In this document: piece by piece, positions 8,388-16,965 of the stretch
Layout: the number at the start of each line of letters is the position of its first letter
How positions within the stretch are numbered: position 1 is the stretch's first letter
Source: a virus
Taxonomy: Duplodnaviria; Caudoviricetes
Length of the DNA stretch: 30,887 nt
Virus record (IMG/VR): IMGVR_UViG_3300020045_006822
Coordinates: 1-30,887 of that record
Reading direction: 5' to 3' (one strand)
The notes under the pieces: model-generated
What the model was told of the DNA's origin: nothing
Seen by the model: only the letters and a program-made list of their open reading frames with translations
Databases searched by the model: none
Translations under genes and position numbers: made by a program

Positions 8388-10214
8388 TCAAAAAGGGATT
8401 TCTGCGTTTTCATCGTAAGGCATATCGTCAAAAACTCCTTTCAAATCATTCATTGAAACCAATGGAAAAGGTATTATTTCCTCAATTAAACTTTTATCTT
8501 TTTGCTTTCTGTTGTCGATTAAATTATAATCCTGTGGCTGCGTACCCACTTCATAATATCTCCCTGATGGTTTATGGTATTCAAAATCAACACTTGCACC
8601 AATTTCCCCTTGAAAAGTAAATTTTGTCTTAAGGTTTGTAAAAGTTGTTTTAGCGTCATCCCCAAACGTTCTGAATATACAATACCCATCATGCGCCTGA
8701 TTTCTAAAATCAGCACTACCTGAAACATCATAAAGAGTAGGGCGTTCATAATTCCCTGAATCCAATCGTTTCATTTTTGTTGGGTGCGCCACAACAATAA
8801 TTAGTACATTATTTTGCTGTGCAAACTGCGTTAGCCTTGAAAGTGTTTTGGTAATGTTTTCCCTTTCGCTTTTGTTCCCAGTAAACTCAACTTTATTCCA
8901 GGCATCAACCACAAAGATATTTATACCGCTTGAATAAATCTGCTCCCTGAATTTTTCAAATACCCAATCCCAGTTGGCAAACTCTCCTGAATCAGGACTT
9001 GTAAGGTATAATTTTTGATTTGCCCATTGGTGGAACTGCATAATATCCAGCTTACTTATTTTTTGTGTGCCATCTATATCAAAGAAATAATTCTTACCGA
9101 TGACTTTTTGAACAAATGTACTCATGTGCAATTCCAAAGGCTGATGTTCAGGGCTGAAAAAACTTGCTTTATAATCATTTTCCAAAAGATAATTTAAAAC
9201 AATCCATTCAGTAAAGTTAGATTTTCCATGTGATGGGATTCCGGTTCCAATAACCAAATGCCCAAACATCAACTTAAAAACATCATTAAGCCCTGATAAG
9301 GCAGGATTTTGTATGTTTATACAGTTTGGCAATCCTGCATCGTAAAGTTCCAACATCTTATCCAAAAGATCCTCTGTTGTGAATACGCCTGATACCGGAT
9401 ATTTTTTTGAGTTATAAATCGTTTCGTTAAGTTTACCGGACTTTAAGTCATCGTTAGCATCTTTACCTTCAAAAATAATCCTTTCACATCTGTAACGTCC
9501 TAAGCGCTGCGCAATCTTTTCAGCTACATTATTTCCGCTTTCGTCATTGTCTGTTGCTATGTAGAATTTCTTAATATCCTTTATGTACTTTTCTGAATTT
9601 ACCCAGTAATTGTCATTGTCGTTTGCTCCATTAGGAATTGATATTACATTTTTTATCCCAATTTCATAAAGAGCCATCACGTCAAACTCCCCTTCTACAA
9701 TGTAGGCTTCACTTTCTCCAATTATTGAATTTATATTGTAGAAAATCGGCTTTCCATTTTTGCTTTGAGTAAACTTCTTACCACCGGAACGGTATTTTTT
9801 ATTTACCAAAACATCCCCTTCAAAATAATTAAACACAATGTTAGTTACTTCTTTGTTTATGGAAGGTTGAAAATATTTTTCCTCTGACACTTCAAAATGT
9901 TTTAGTGTATATTGGTTTATCTTACGATCCGTTTCGCAATACTTAACCATAGCATCTGAAAGATTGGTATAATTTTTCCATTCCTGACTTGGCAGGGTGT
10001 AGTTTGATTGAACAATTGATTTAACGATGCTTTCCTTAAAGAATAAAGCATTACATCCATCGTTAAAACATTTAGCTGTTCCGTTATTAAACCAAACCAT
10101 CAATGACTTATCATTTTTGTTCTTTCGGGTATCGGTGCAAATAGGGCATTTTATCTTTGCTGTTCCGGATGTTTTGTTGGTATCTATTAAATCCCAAGGT
10201 TGAATATTTTTCAT
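8388..10214 (-). CDS. T7 gp4/Twinkle-like primase-helicase
   Basis: Zn-binding CPIC...CFNDGC, TOPRIM VEGEFD and DNDESG, helicase GIPSHGKS, VVAHP, GSADF. Confidence 0.93.
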   Translation of the reverse strand: MKNIQPWDLIDTNKTSGTAKIKCPICTDTRKNKNDKSLMVWFNNGTAKCFNDGCNALFFKESIVKSIVQSNYTLPSQEWKNYTNLSDAMVKYCETDRKINQYTLKHFEVSEEKYFQPSINKEVTNIVFNYFEGDVLVNKKYRSGGKKFTQSKNGKPIFYNINSIIGESEAYIVEGEFDVMALYEIGIKNVISIPNGANDNDNYWVNSEKYIKDIKKFYIATDNDESGNNVAEKIAQRLGRYRCERIIFEGKDANDDLKSGKLNETIYNSKKYPVSGVFTTEDLLDKMLELYDAGLPNCINIQNPALSGLNDVFKLMFGHLVIGTGIPSHGKSNFTEWIVLNYLLENDYKASFFSPEHQPLELHMSTFVQKVIGKNYFFDIDGTQKISKLDIMQFHQWANQKLYLTSPDSGEFANWDWVFEKFREQIYSSGINIFVVDAWNKVEFTGNKSERENITKTLSRLTQFAQQNNVLIIVVAHPTKMKRLDSGNYERPTLYDVSGSADFRNQAHDGYCIFRTFGDDAKTTFTNLKTKFTFQGEIGASVDFEYHKPSGRYYEVGTQPQDYNLIDNRKQKDKSLIEEIIPFPLVSMNDLKGVFDDMPYDENAEIPF

Positions 10215-10963
10215 AGTACGCCTTTCTGTATTTTGTAACCGTTGGAATTTATAAATGTATCGGATTCTGAAGTTTTGTTTTTGTTTTTAGAATGCCATTC
10301 ACTATCAAAACCTCCCCAACTTTTCTCAATGCATTTTTCCAGAATTTCATTTCCGCTATAACCACTTTTTTCAACTTGTTTTATAAATTTATTAAAGGCA
10401 GTTTCTGTGTTGGTAAGTCGTTTGTTTTTTCTAACCTTAATCCAATCTGAAACCAATTCTTTTTTATACCCTAAGTTAATTAATGAATGGTAAAAACTAA
10501 ACACAGGCAAAGCCGGTATATTTATTTCTTTTATATCTTTTACTGTATCATTAACTGTTACATTTACTGTATCTGTTACAGCGATGTTTGCGATTGGTTT
10601 TATCGCGCTACTATCGGGTTGCGATGCTTTGCGACTTTTAGCGATACTTTCAGCTTCATCTAACGTTATCTTTTTTGCTTCGTATTTAATAAATAGGTCA
10701 TTATTCCAACGCTTTAGATTTCCTATTCTACCATTTAAACTTTTATCTTCAATGCTTTTTTCGTAGGATTTTAGGTCTCGTTTAAGTTGCTGTTTAATAG
10801 GTTCAAAGACTAATTCAACTATTATATTTTCTGTTGTTGGATTTAAGTCATTGGTATATTCTAAAATATGTAAAAACAATTCTCCAGCATCTTCTTTACT
10901 CATCTTTTTAATAGTGTGTAGAAGATCGCAGTAAATTAAAAAAGATTTTTTATTTTCAGCCAT
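10211..10963 (-). CDS. Replication initiator (DUF6291-type N-terminus, lambda O-like role)
   Basis: KKSFLIYCD..., VTDTVNVTVND linker, C-terminal WIKVRK..T.TA...SWGGF; upstream of helicase. Confidence 0.7.
   Translation of the reverse strand: MAENKKSFLIYCDLLHTIKKMSKEDAGELFLHILEYTNDLNPTTENIIVELVFEPIKQQLKRDLKSYEKSIEDKSLNGRIGNLKRWNNDLFIKYEAKKITLDEAESIAKSRKASQPDSSAIKPIANIAVTDTVNVTVNDTVKDIKEINIPALPVFSFYHSLINLGYKKELVSDWIKVRKNKRLTNTETAFNKFIKQVEKSGYSGNEILEKCIEKSWGGFDSEWHSKNKNKTSESDTFINSNGYKIQKGVL
10541..10646. repeat. Iteron-like GCGAT repeats plus ACTGT repeats (candidate replication origin)
   Basis: GCGA(T/C) at 10581, 10590, 10621, 10631, 10641; inverted ATCG at 10602, 10613; about 10 bp phasing. 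Confidence 0.55.
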
Positions 10964-11207
10964 TACTAACCTCACTTTCTGTAATTTTATTAATTTCAGT
11001 TCGGAGTGTTTTAGCGAATTTTATTGCCGTGGACTTGTCTAAATAAATAATTCTTGAAATAGAATCTTCTGGGGTTATGGAAATTTGTATTATTCCATTA
11101 GGGTAAAATTCTAATATAAAATCATCATCAGGTTTTTTCATAGATACTGATAATGTAGTTTCATCAGTACAATCTATGAACTTTAAATCAAATTTTGCCA
11201 TGATCAT
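10956..11207 (-). CDS. Hypothetical protein, 83 aa
   Basis: First gene after promoter/leader A; overlaps initiator start. Confidence 0.8.
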   Translation of the reverse strand: MIMAKFDLKFIDCTDETTLSVSMKKPDDDFILEFYPNGIIQISITPEDSISRIIYLDKSTAIKFAKTLRTEINKITESEVSNG

Positions 11208-11239
11208 AAAGGTTTTTAAGATACCTATAAACTATTAAA

Positions 11240-11338
11240 AAGTGAAAATCCTATTAAGTCAGCGTGAAGTGAGATTTCGCTTTCCTAATAGGATTTTTAT
11301 AATGTTTTCCGGTTCGTAATAAATCTCACTAAATTACA
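11240..11338 (-). ncRNA. Kissing-loop leader RNA, copy A
   Basis: Hairpin GUAAU/AUUAC with loop UUAGUGAGAUUU; linker AAAACAUUAUA; 14-bp + 4-bp hairpin with loop AAAUCUCACUUCA; 10-nt loop complementarity. Confidence 0.75.
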
Positions 11339-11342
11339 TAAG

Positions 11343-11374
11343 CAAATATAAAAATATATTTTGATTAAATCAAA
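11343..11374 (-). promoter_or_regulatory. Bacteroidota sigma-A promoter TTTG-N20-TATATTTG driving the replication operon
   Basis: Consensus -33/-7 boxes; palindrome TTTTGATT-A-AATCAAAA overlaps the -33 box. Confidence 0.85.
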
Positions 11375-11427
11375 AGTTTTAATTAATAATTCTATTAGTT
11401 TTATTTTTTCGGGATTACTAAAAACCC

Positions 11428-11808
11428 TTAGCTAAAAGGTAAATCGTCGTGTTCTTGTTCTTTAAAATTTGTAGCTGGAGCAAAAGTTTCAGCAGCTGGC
11501 ATTGGAGGCATTTGCTGTGCAGATGGCGCATCAGACTGGATTTTTTCAATTCTCCAACCTTTAATAGAGTTGAAATATTTAGTTTCGCCTTGAGGGTTAA
11601 CCCACTCCCTCCCCCCTAAATTTATAGAAACTTTCACGTTTTGACCTACTGAAACGCTATTCAATAAGTCGGCTTTATCCTGTACAAATTCAATCATTAT
11701 TGACTGCGGATATTGCTCGTCAGTTGTAATTACTAATTCACGTTTTACGAATGATGCACTAACTTGTTGCGTGTCTCCGATTACTTTAATCTTACCTAAT
11801 ACTTCCAT
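11428..11808 (-). CDS. DUF3127 family single-stranded DNA-binding protein
   Basis: FVKRELVITTDEQYPQ, GREW...YFNSIKGWRI, acidic DDLPF tail. Confidence 0.9.
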   Translation of the reverse strand: MEVLGKIKVIGDTQQVSASFVKRELVITTDEQYPQSIMIEFVQDKADLLNSVSVGQNVKVSINLGGREWVNPQGETKYFNSIKGWRIEKIQSDAPSAQQMPPMPAAETFAPATNFKEQEHDDLPFS

Positions 11809-11819
11809 ACTACTCTTTT

Positions 11820-12500
11820 TTATCTGTTAATTTTTAATTTTAGTTCAGTAACCAATTTACTGAATATTTTTTGATCCTCTTTGCTTAACTCTAAAAACTT
11901 AGCTTTTAAAGACTCTTCTGTTTTGCAAAGTACTAATTCTTTGTTTACATTAGTTAATCGATCAGTTTCTTTCTTTTGAGCTAGTTCAGTTTCTTTCTTT
12001 TGAGCTAGTTCAGTTTCTTGTTGCTCTTTTAACTCTTCTGCTTTGCGTTCTGGATTATCAATATCATCCTCATCAGTAGATATATGAAAGAATTTAAGTA
12101 AAAAGTATCTTTCAGCATAAGTTAATGCGCTGCCTACTCCTTTATCCCAATCGTTTTGACCATTAGCACCGAAAAGGTTTTCGTCTTTATCTCCTGTTGC
12201 AACGTCAACCCAAGTAAATTTCATCATTACTTTAGATAGAATTTCGCTTTTAGGCTTACCACTCCACACTTTAGTTTCTTTGTCTTGAATTAATGATGTT
12301 GAATAGTCTTGTCTAATGTTGTCAATTGATATAATCTCTTGTTTTAAGATAATGCCTAATGAGTTCATCATAGGTTTAATATGGTCTAATACTTTAGTTC
12401 CTGTTACGTACTTATAGTTTTGACCATCTTTGTCTTTTCCAAGTCCTAAGATTTGACTTTGGATCTTGTGTAGTTTTTGGTAAAGGTTTAAATCTGCCAT
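11820..12500 (-). CDS. erf: ERF-family ssDNA annealing protein
   Basis: GSALTYAERYFLLKFFHISTDEDD signature; NYKY motif. Confidence 0.9.
   Translation of the reverse strand: MADLNLYQKLHKIQSQILGLGKDKDGQNYKYVTGTKVLDHIKPMMNSLGIILKQEIISIDNIRQDYSTSLIQDKETKVWSGKPKSEILSKVMMKFTWVDVATGDKDENLFGANGQNDWDKGVGSALTYAERYFLLKFFHISTDEDDIDNPERKAEELKEQQETELAQKKETELAQKKETDRLTNVNKELVLCKTEESLKAKFLELSKEDQKIFSKLVTELKLKINR
11962..12019. repeat. 24-bp perfect tandem repeat (2.4 copies) in erf
   Basis: TCAGTTTCTTTCTTTTGAGCTAGT x2 plus partial; encodes ETELAQKK x2. Confidence 0.95.
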
Positions 12501-12513
12501 AATATAATAATTT

Positions 12514-12595
12514 AAAAATCCCGACTAAAATCCCATAGGTCAGTATAGGCATAGTCAGGACTGAATAATTTTTGTATCAAACCCTGACCGATTTG
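12514..12595 (-). ncRNA. Kissing-loop leader RNA, copy B
   Basis: CAAAUC-GGUCAG-GGUUUG; linker ACAAAAAUUAUU; hairpin UCCUGACUA..CCUAUA-CUGACC-UAUGGG..UAGUCGGGA then UUUUU. Confidence 0.75.
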
Positions 12596-12603
12596 TTTAT
12601 GTA

Positions 12604-13680
12604 TTAAAGTTTTTCAATTTCAGATAACGCCCATTTTTTGTAAGCATCGAATTTTTCAATAATAGCTTTTGCCGTTTCGTTTTCAGTCATTGGAATTTCA
12701 GGAATTGAAAATGAATTAACCCAAACATTCAATTGTTTTTTAACTGGTGCTTTCGCTAATTTATCAGCTTCTTTTTTATCTGATTCAATTTTTGCTAAAC
12801 TTTCTCTTTCGGCTTTTGCTTTTTCATCGTTTAACCTTTGAATTTCAGCATCTTTTTCAGCCTGTATTTTAGCTTGTTTATCTGCTTCAATCTTTCTGTC
12901 CGCTTCTGCTTTTTCACGCTCTTGTTTAGCCTTTAATTCGATTGCGTCCTGAATAGCTTTTGCTTCTGCACGTTCTTTTTCAATTTGTTTTTCTTTCGCT
13001 TCTGCTTCGGATTTAAGTTTAGCATTTTCAATTTCAATAGCTTTTTGTCTTTCAATTTCTGCTAAACGTTCTATTTCAATTCGTAACACTTCCGCCTCAC
13101 GTTCTTTAGCTTCGTTTTCAAAGCGTGTTTTCTTACCTAAAACAAAATCGTCAAAACTTTCATCGTCAAATTCTGAAAAATTCATATTATCGGCATCCTC
13201 TACATAAGGTCTTATTTTTTCGATACGTTCCAAGTTGATTAAACGCAAACGTTCCTTTTCCTGATTCTCGAAAAACTTTTCGGCTTCAAGTAATTTGGAT
13301 TCCATTTGCTCATTTTCCACAACCTCTTTATTGTACACGGCATCGACAAAACGACCTCCAGCCAAATAAAAAGCTTTGTTTGCTGTATGCCAAACTTTTA
13401 ATCCTTGCGTTCTATTCTTTACAATTTTTAAACGTAGTTCCTTAAAAGCGGGTAACGTTTCAGTTGTAATTTCAAGTTTTAAAACGTCCTCATAAGCTGT
13501 TTTTAAAACTTCTCTTTCGGCTAATGTTGTAGAAAGTCCTACTGTCATTTCCTGTGCCTTTGATAATTCCAATCCGTACAGTTCCGGTTTTATTTCCTCT
13601 GTAAATTCAAGAGGTGGAATATTGTTAGGGTTTTCGTGTAAATCCCATTCTGTTTGCTGTAATGCTAAATCTTTACTCAT
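12604..13680 (-). CDS. Coiled-coil protein of the recombination module, 358 aa
   Basis: E/K/A-rich helical repeats; first gene of the leftward operon, upstream of erf. Confidence 0.8.
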   Translation of the reverse strand: MSKDLALQQTEWDLHENPNNIPPLEFTEEIKPELYGLELSKAQEMTVGLSTTLAEREVLKTAYEDVLKLEITTETLPAFKELRLKIVKNRTQGLKVWHTANKAFYLAGGRFVDAVYNKEVVENEQMESKLLEAEKFFENQEKERLRLINLERIEKIRPYVEDADNMNFSEFDDESFDDFVLGKKTRFENEAKEREAEVLRIEIERLAEIERQKAIEIENAKLKSEAEAKEKQIEKERAEAKAIQDAIELKAKQEREKAEADRKIEADKQAKIQAEKDAEIQRLNDEKAKAERESLAKIESDKKEADKLAKAPVKKQLNVWVNSFSIPEIPMTENETAKAIIEKFDAYKKWALSEIEKL

Positions 13681-13703
13681 CTCTTTTAAAATTTAAAGTT
13701 AGG

Positions 13704-13735
13704 CAAATATAAAACTTTTTTTGATATATATGAAA
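13704..13735 (-). promoter_or_regulatory. Leftward promoter TTTC-N20-TATATTTG
   Basis: Perfect -7 box, near-consensus -33 box. Confidence 0.75.
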
Positions 13736-13751
13736 TATTTTTATATATTTG
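13720..13751 (+). promoter_or_regulatory. Rightward promoter TTTG-N20-TATATTTG
   Basis: Consensus -33/-7 boxes, overlapping the leftward promoter. Confidence 0.85.
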
Positions 13752-13770
13752 TGAAATAAAAATTAAACTT

Positions 13771-14064
13771 ATGATATTAACAGAACAGGCAAAAACGGAT
13801 TTTAAAGAATGGTTAGAAAAAGAATATGATGTTCATTACTACAATCAGGAATGTAGAATAGACATTTGTTTAAACGCATTAATCATTGAATGGCTTGATT
13901 CAATTAATATATTTATAAATCCTTATCCTTGTAGTGATGGTTTATGGGATTATGAAATAACAAAAGATGAAAAATATTTAGCTGATGGTTTAGCTTTTAA
14001 AAACCGAACCGAAGCAACCAACAAAGCAATTGAAAAAGCTAACGAAATTTATAATACTAAATAA
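13771..14064 (+). CDS. Hypothetical phage protein
   Basis: First rightward gene; RTEATNKAIEKANEIYN C-terminus. Confidence 0.8.
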   Translation: MILTEQAKTDFKEWLEKEYDVHYYNQECRIDICLNALIIEWLDSINIFINPYPCSDGLWDYEITKDEKYLADGLAFKNRTEATNKAIEKANEIYNTK

Positions 14065-14065
14065 T

Positions 14066-14275
14066 ATGAATGAAGCACAACAATTATACCACCAACTTTT
14101 AATGAAAGCAGGAGGCAGGCAAAACAAAATAGTTGGTAAAATAGGAATACTTACCAGGTTGAGAAATGGATTCATGCCGGCATTGGAAACAGTCGTTAAA
14201 TTAATGATTGATAACGGTATTCCGTCGATCCACTTAAAAACAGAAACAACCGAACTAATAATTGAGATAAAGTAG
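14066..14275 (+). CDS. Hypothetical protein, possibly HTH-like (start MNEAQ)
   Basis: 1-nt spacers to both neighbours. Confidence 0.6.
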   Translation: MNEAQQLYHQLLMKAGGRQNKIVGKIGILTRLRNGFMPALETVVKLMIDNGIPSIHLKTETTELIIEIK

Positions 14276-14276
14276 T

Positions 14277-14630
14277 ATGGAATATTCAAACGCATATCAA
14301 GGAAGACACGGATTTGCAGACTTTGAAAGGAAAACATTTCAAATAACAAATAAAAAAGATTCAACAACAATTGAATGCCAACTTTTAAAAGTTCCAGACT
14401 ATACCTTTACGCATACCTACGTAGAAAAAATATGCGAGGGCAACGGATGGTATTCAAAAGGAGATAAAATATCAGAAAAGATCACTCACGATTTTTATTG
14501 GTTAGTAATTTTAAACGGTAACTGCATAGGTTGTATAAATGAAAACGAGAAGAAACCATTGAGTTTAAAATATGCTATTGAGGATTTAAAAGGCAAAAAA
14601 CACATAAAGGAATACTTATTAAAAATATAG
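14277..14630 (+). CDS. Hypothetical protein
   Basis: ORF track, operon packing. Confidence 0.75.
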   Translation: MEYSNAYQGRHGFADFERKTFQITNKKDSTTIECQLLKVPDYTFTHTYVEKICEGNGWYSKGDKISEKITHDFYWLVILNGNCIGCINENEKKPLSLKYAIEDLKGKKHIKEYLLKI

Positions 14631-14743
14631 ATAAAGTAATTTTCCTACAATACAAAACCCTATAAACATTTGGAATGTTGAAATAATGTAGTTGGATTGA
14701 GTAAATAAATTATTAAAAACGCTTTTTATTCGTTTTTATATAT

Positions 14744-14751
14744 TACATTTG
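14744..14751 (+). promoter_or_regulatory. -7 promoter element TACATTTG
   Basis: Intergenic, 29 nt before ATG 14781; preceded by inverted repeat TAAAAACG-N9-CGTTTTTA. Confidence 0.65.
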
Positions 14752-14780
14752 CTTATTATTAATTTATAAAAATTTAAAAA

Positions 14781-15275
14781 ATGTCAAGAATCACAAAAGA
14801 AATCGCATCAGAAGTAGCTTTAAAACTAATTTCTAAAAAATCAGATGAAATCATAAAACTGGACAAAGAAATTTCAGAAATATTTGAAGTTATGGTTTTA
14901 TCAAAATTGCCGAGAGCTGTAAAAGAAACTTTTAAATCAAATAAGGTTTTCTTTAACAGAAGAAAAAGTTTTCAAATAAGCGGTAATGGTTTTGATTACG
15001 TTTATGTAAATACGACAAATGAAGTTCCATACAATAATAGTTCATTTGTAGCAACAGCAGAAGAATCAAAAATACTTTTGCCTATGGTTAACAAAAAGAC
15101 TGAATTAGAAGTTAATTATAGAAAGTTGTATCGTGAAATTGAAACGCTTTTATATTCATTAAGAACCTATTCAAAAGTTATTGCAGAATTTCCAGAAGCA
15201 GAGCCTTTTTTACCCGCTTCAATTTCCAATAAATTAATGTTAAACGTTTCTGATATCAGAAAGCAATTGAAATAA
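14781..15275 (+). CDS. Nmad5-like (nucleotide modification associated domain 5) protein
   Basis: RITKEI N-terminus and LYSLRTYSKVIAEFPEAEPFLP C-terminal pattern. Confidence 0.55.
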   Translation: MSRITKEIASEVALKLISKKSDEIIKLDKEISEIFEVMVLSKLPRAVKETFKSNKVFFNRRKSFQISGNGFDYVYVNTTNEVPYNNSSFVATAEESKILLPMVNKKTELEVNYRKLYREIETLLYSLRTYSKVIAEFPEAEPFLPASISNKLMLNVSDIRKQLK

Positions 15276-15276
15276 T

Positions 15277-15450
15277 ATGCCACGAAACAAATTACCACAG
15301 GAACAAAAAAAAGTCAGATGGATGACAATTTACGTAGATCCAAAAGCTATTCCAAGAATGGATAAATCGGAAGTTAACCAATTAATCAACCGCCTACAAT
15401 CCGAATCGTTATCAAAATGCGCGGATGAGGCTTTAAAAAGTAAATTATGA
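15277..15450 (+). CDS. Small hypothetical protein, 57 aa, possibly ribbon-helix-helix (not in ORF track)
   Basis: MPRNKLPQEQKKVRWMTIYVDPK...; ATGA overlap with the next gene. Confidence 0.65.
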   Translation: MPRNKLPQEQKKVRWMTIYVDPKAIPRMDKSEVNQLINRLQSESLSKCADEALKSKL

Positions 15451-15725
15451 GTAAATTAGTAGGATTAGTAGATAATGTTTATGTATTCGGGAACGCTGAA
15501 ATTTCAGTAGGAATAGGTAAAACTAAAGATGTTAAGCAACCATTTATATCAATTGCAAAAATGCAATATCCAGCTTCTAAAATAGCAGAGGATATAGTTG
15601 ATAAAAACATCCCTGAAAACAAAAAAATAATTTTATTATTCAAAAATATTCAAGGCTTGGAAGTTTTAGAAAAAATGATAAAGGAGTGTAAAAAGGAGTT
15701 GAAACTTCAAGCTAAATTATTATGA
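15447..15725 (+). CDS. Hypothetical protein
   Basis: ATGA-coupled ORF. Confidence 0.75.
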   Translation: MSKLVGLVDNVYVFGNAEISVGIGKTKDVKQPFISIAKMQYPASKIAEDIVDKNIPENKKIILLFKNIQGLEVLEKMIKECKKELKLQAKLL

Positions 15726-15985
15726 TACACTACCCAGACCCAACAGAAACCTACGACGAGGTAAAGGAATATACAAAAGAGGAATTATTCTATCAGGAGG
15801 AATCCCACAGCGACGAAACGATAAACTACGTTGATGAGTTGGAGCGTATAATAAAAGATTTCAGAGCGAAAAAAAAGGAGGTTGTATCGGACTTGATTAC
15901 TTTACGTGATACCGCACAGGCTGGAGGTCGTTTGACTTTCTATGTAAAAAAAATGAATGGTTTAATTAATAAATTGAAAGGATGA
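15722..15985 (+). CDS. Hypothetical protein
   Basis: ATGA-coupled ORF. Confidence 0.75.
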   Translation: MIHYPDPTETYDEVKEYTKEELFYQEESHSDETINYVDELERIIKDFRAKKKEVVSDLITLRDTAQAGGRLTFYVKKMNGLINKLKG

Positions 15986-16275
15986 GTAATTTTAAAATCG
16001 GAGAAAAAGTTGTTTGTGTTGATGCAAATAATATTTTTAATGAAACTTTGACAATTCAATCAGATGCAATTGTAAAAGGTGAAATTTATACCATTAAGTC
16101 GTTTAATTCTGTTGGAGGTTTAGTCTTGTTAGAGATTTACAACGGTGTTTTTTTTGATGGTGAAACAGGTGGTTTTAGAGAGAGCCGCTTCCGCAAACTC
16201 GACCACGGATTTGGCGAAAAGATTTGTGCAGAAATATTGGAAAGTATCAAAGTTGATGAACTACAATACAATTAA
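15982..16275 (+). CDS. Hypothetical SH3-like protein
   Basis: FKIGEKVVCVD...KGEIYTI...RFRKL. Confidence 0.7.
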   Translation: MSNFKIGEKVVCVDANNIFNETLTIQSDAIVKGEIYTIKSFNSVGGLVLLEIYNGVFFDGETGGFRESRFRKLDHGFGEKICAEILESIKVDELQYN

Positions 16276-16276
16276 T

Positions 16277-16435
16277 ATGCACATTTCAGAATACTACGCC
16301 CGAAAGGTTTTACCAAAGAATCCGGCAAAATCATTAATTGAAGTACAAAAACAGATTTTTAAAACACTACCGGCATACGTTCGGGAACTAATAAAGAAAG
16401 ATTATGAGCAAAGCAATTCAAAACAAAATAGATAA
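16277..16435 (+). CDS. Small hypothetical protein, 52 aa (start MHISEY)
   Basis: ATG 1 nt after the upstream stop. Confidence 0.6.
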   Translation: MHISEYYARKVLPKNPAKSLIEVQKQIFKTLPAYVRELIKKDYEQSNSKQNR

Positions 16436-16724
16436 AAATAAATCTATTATCGTTAAACTTCTAAATGAAAATATTGATTTAGAGTACAATTTAAAATTAA
16501 AAAGTTTTACAAGGTTTTCTGAAAAAGAAGCGACAGTTTCAAAAAAAGATAAAACGCCAATAAAATTAAAAATAGGACATTGGTTTGAATGGTTTTATGA
16601 CCGAGATTTTCCAAAAGATAAAAAACACGCTGTAAAAATTGAAAGAAGTCATATTTTTGAAATTGACGGAATTAAAAGTAATCATTGGAATAAAATAAAA
16701 TACTACACCATTAACGATATTTAA
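16404..16724 (+). CDS. Hypothetical protein
   Basis: ORF track, operon packing. Confidence 0.7.
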   Translation: MSKAIQNKIDKNKSIIVKLLNENIDLEYNLKLKSFTRFSEKEATVSKKDKTPIKLKIGHWFEWFYDRDFPKDKKHAVKIERSHIFEIDGIKSNHWNKIKYYTINDI

Positions 16725-16726
16725 TT

Positions 16727-16936
16727 ATGAGAGCAGAAATAAATAATTGGCAGTCGGAATGTGAAAAATTTCAAAATTGGTTTCAAGCCTTAGGAGGCAA
16801 CATTTCAAGTAACGAGCAAATGACCGAAGCCTTTAGTAAAATCGAAGCAAAAAAGCTATCAGATAACCGCCTTTATGAGTTATTGGAAGCGGATAGGGCT
16901 AAACAAATCGAAGTTAACGAACCTGAAATACTTTAA
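16727..16936 (+). CDS. Hypothetical protein
   Basis: ORF track, operon packing. Confidence 0.7.
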   Translation: MRAEINNWQSECEKFQNWFQALGGNISSNEQMTEAFSKIEAKKLSDNRLYELLEADRAKQIEVNEPEIL

Positions 16937-16965
16937 TTCATTCAACTTTTAAAAAACAGATAATT

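Noticed and set aside
11411-11427. GGGATTACTAAAAACCC hairpin after the SSB gene as a terminator
   Set aside because: Weak stem and followed by A rather than U on the coding strand
12604-13680. Tape measure protein call for the 358-aa coiled coil
   Set aside because: Sits in the recombination operon, is highly charged and lacks tape-measure-like composition
14631-14740. Possible fourth kissing-loop leader
   Set aside because: Only short AT-rich inverted repeats; no complementary loop pair or terminator-like second hairpin, and it lies upstream of the promoter box
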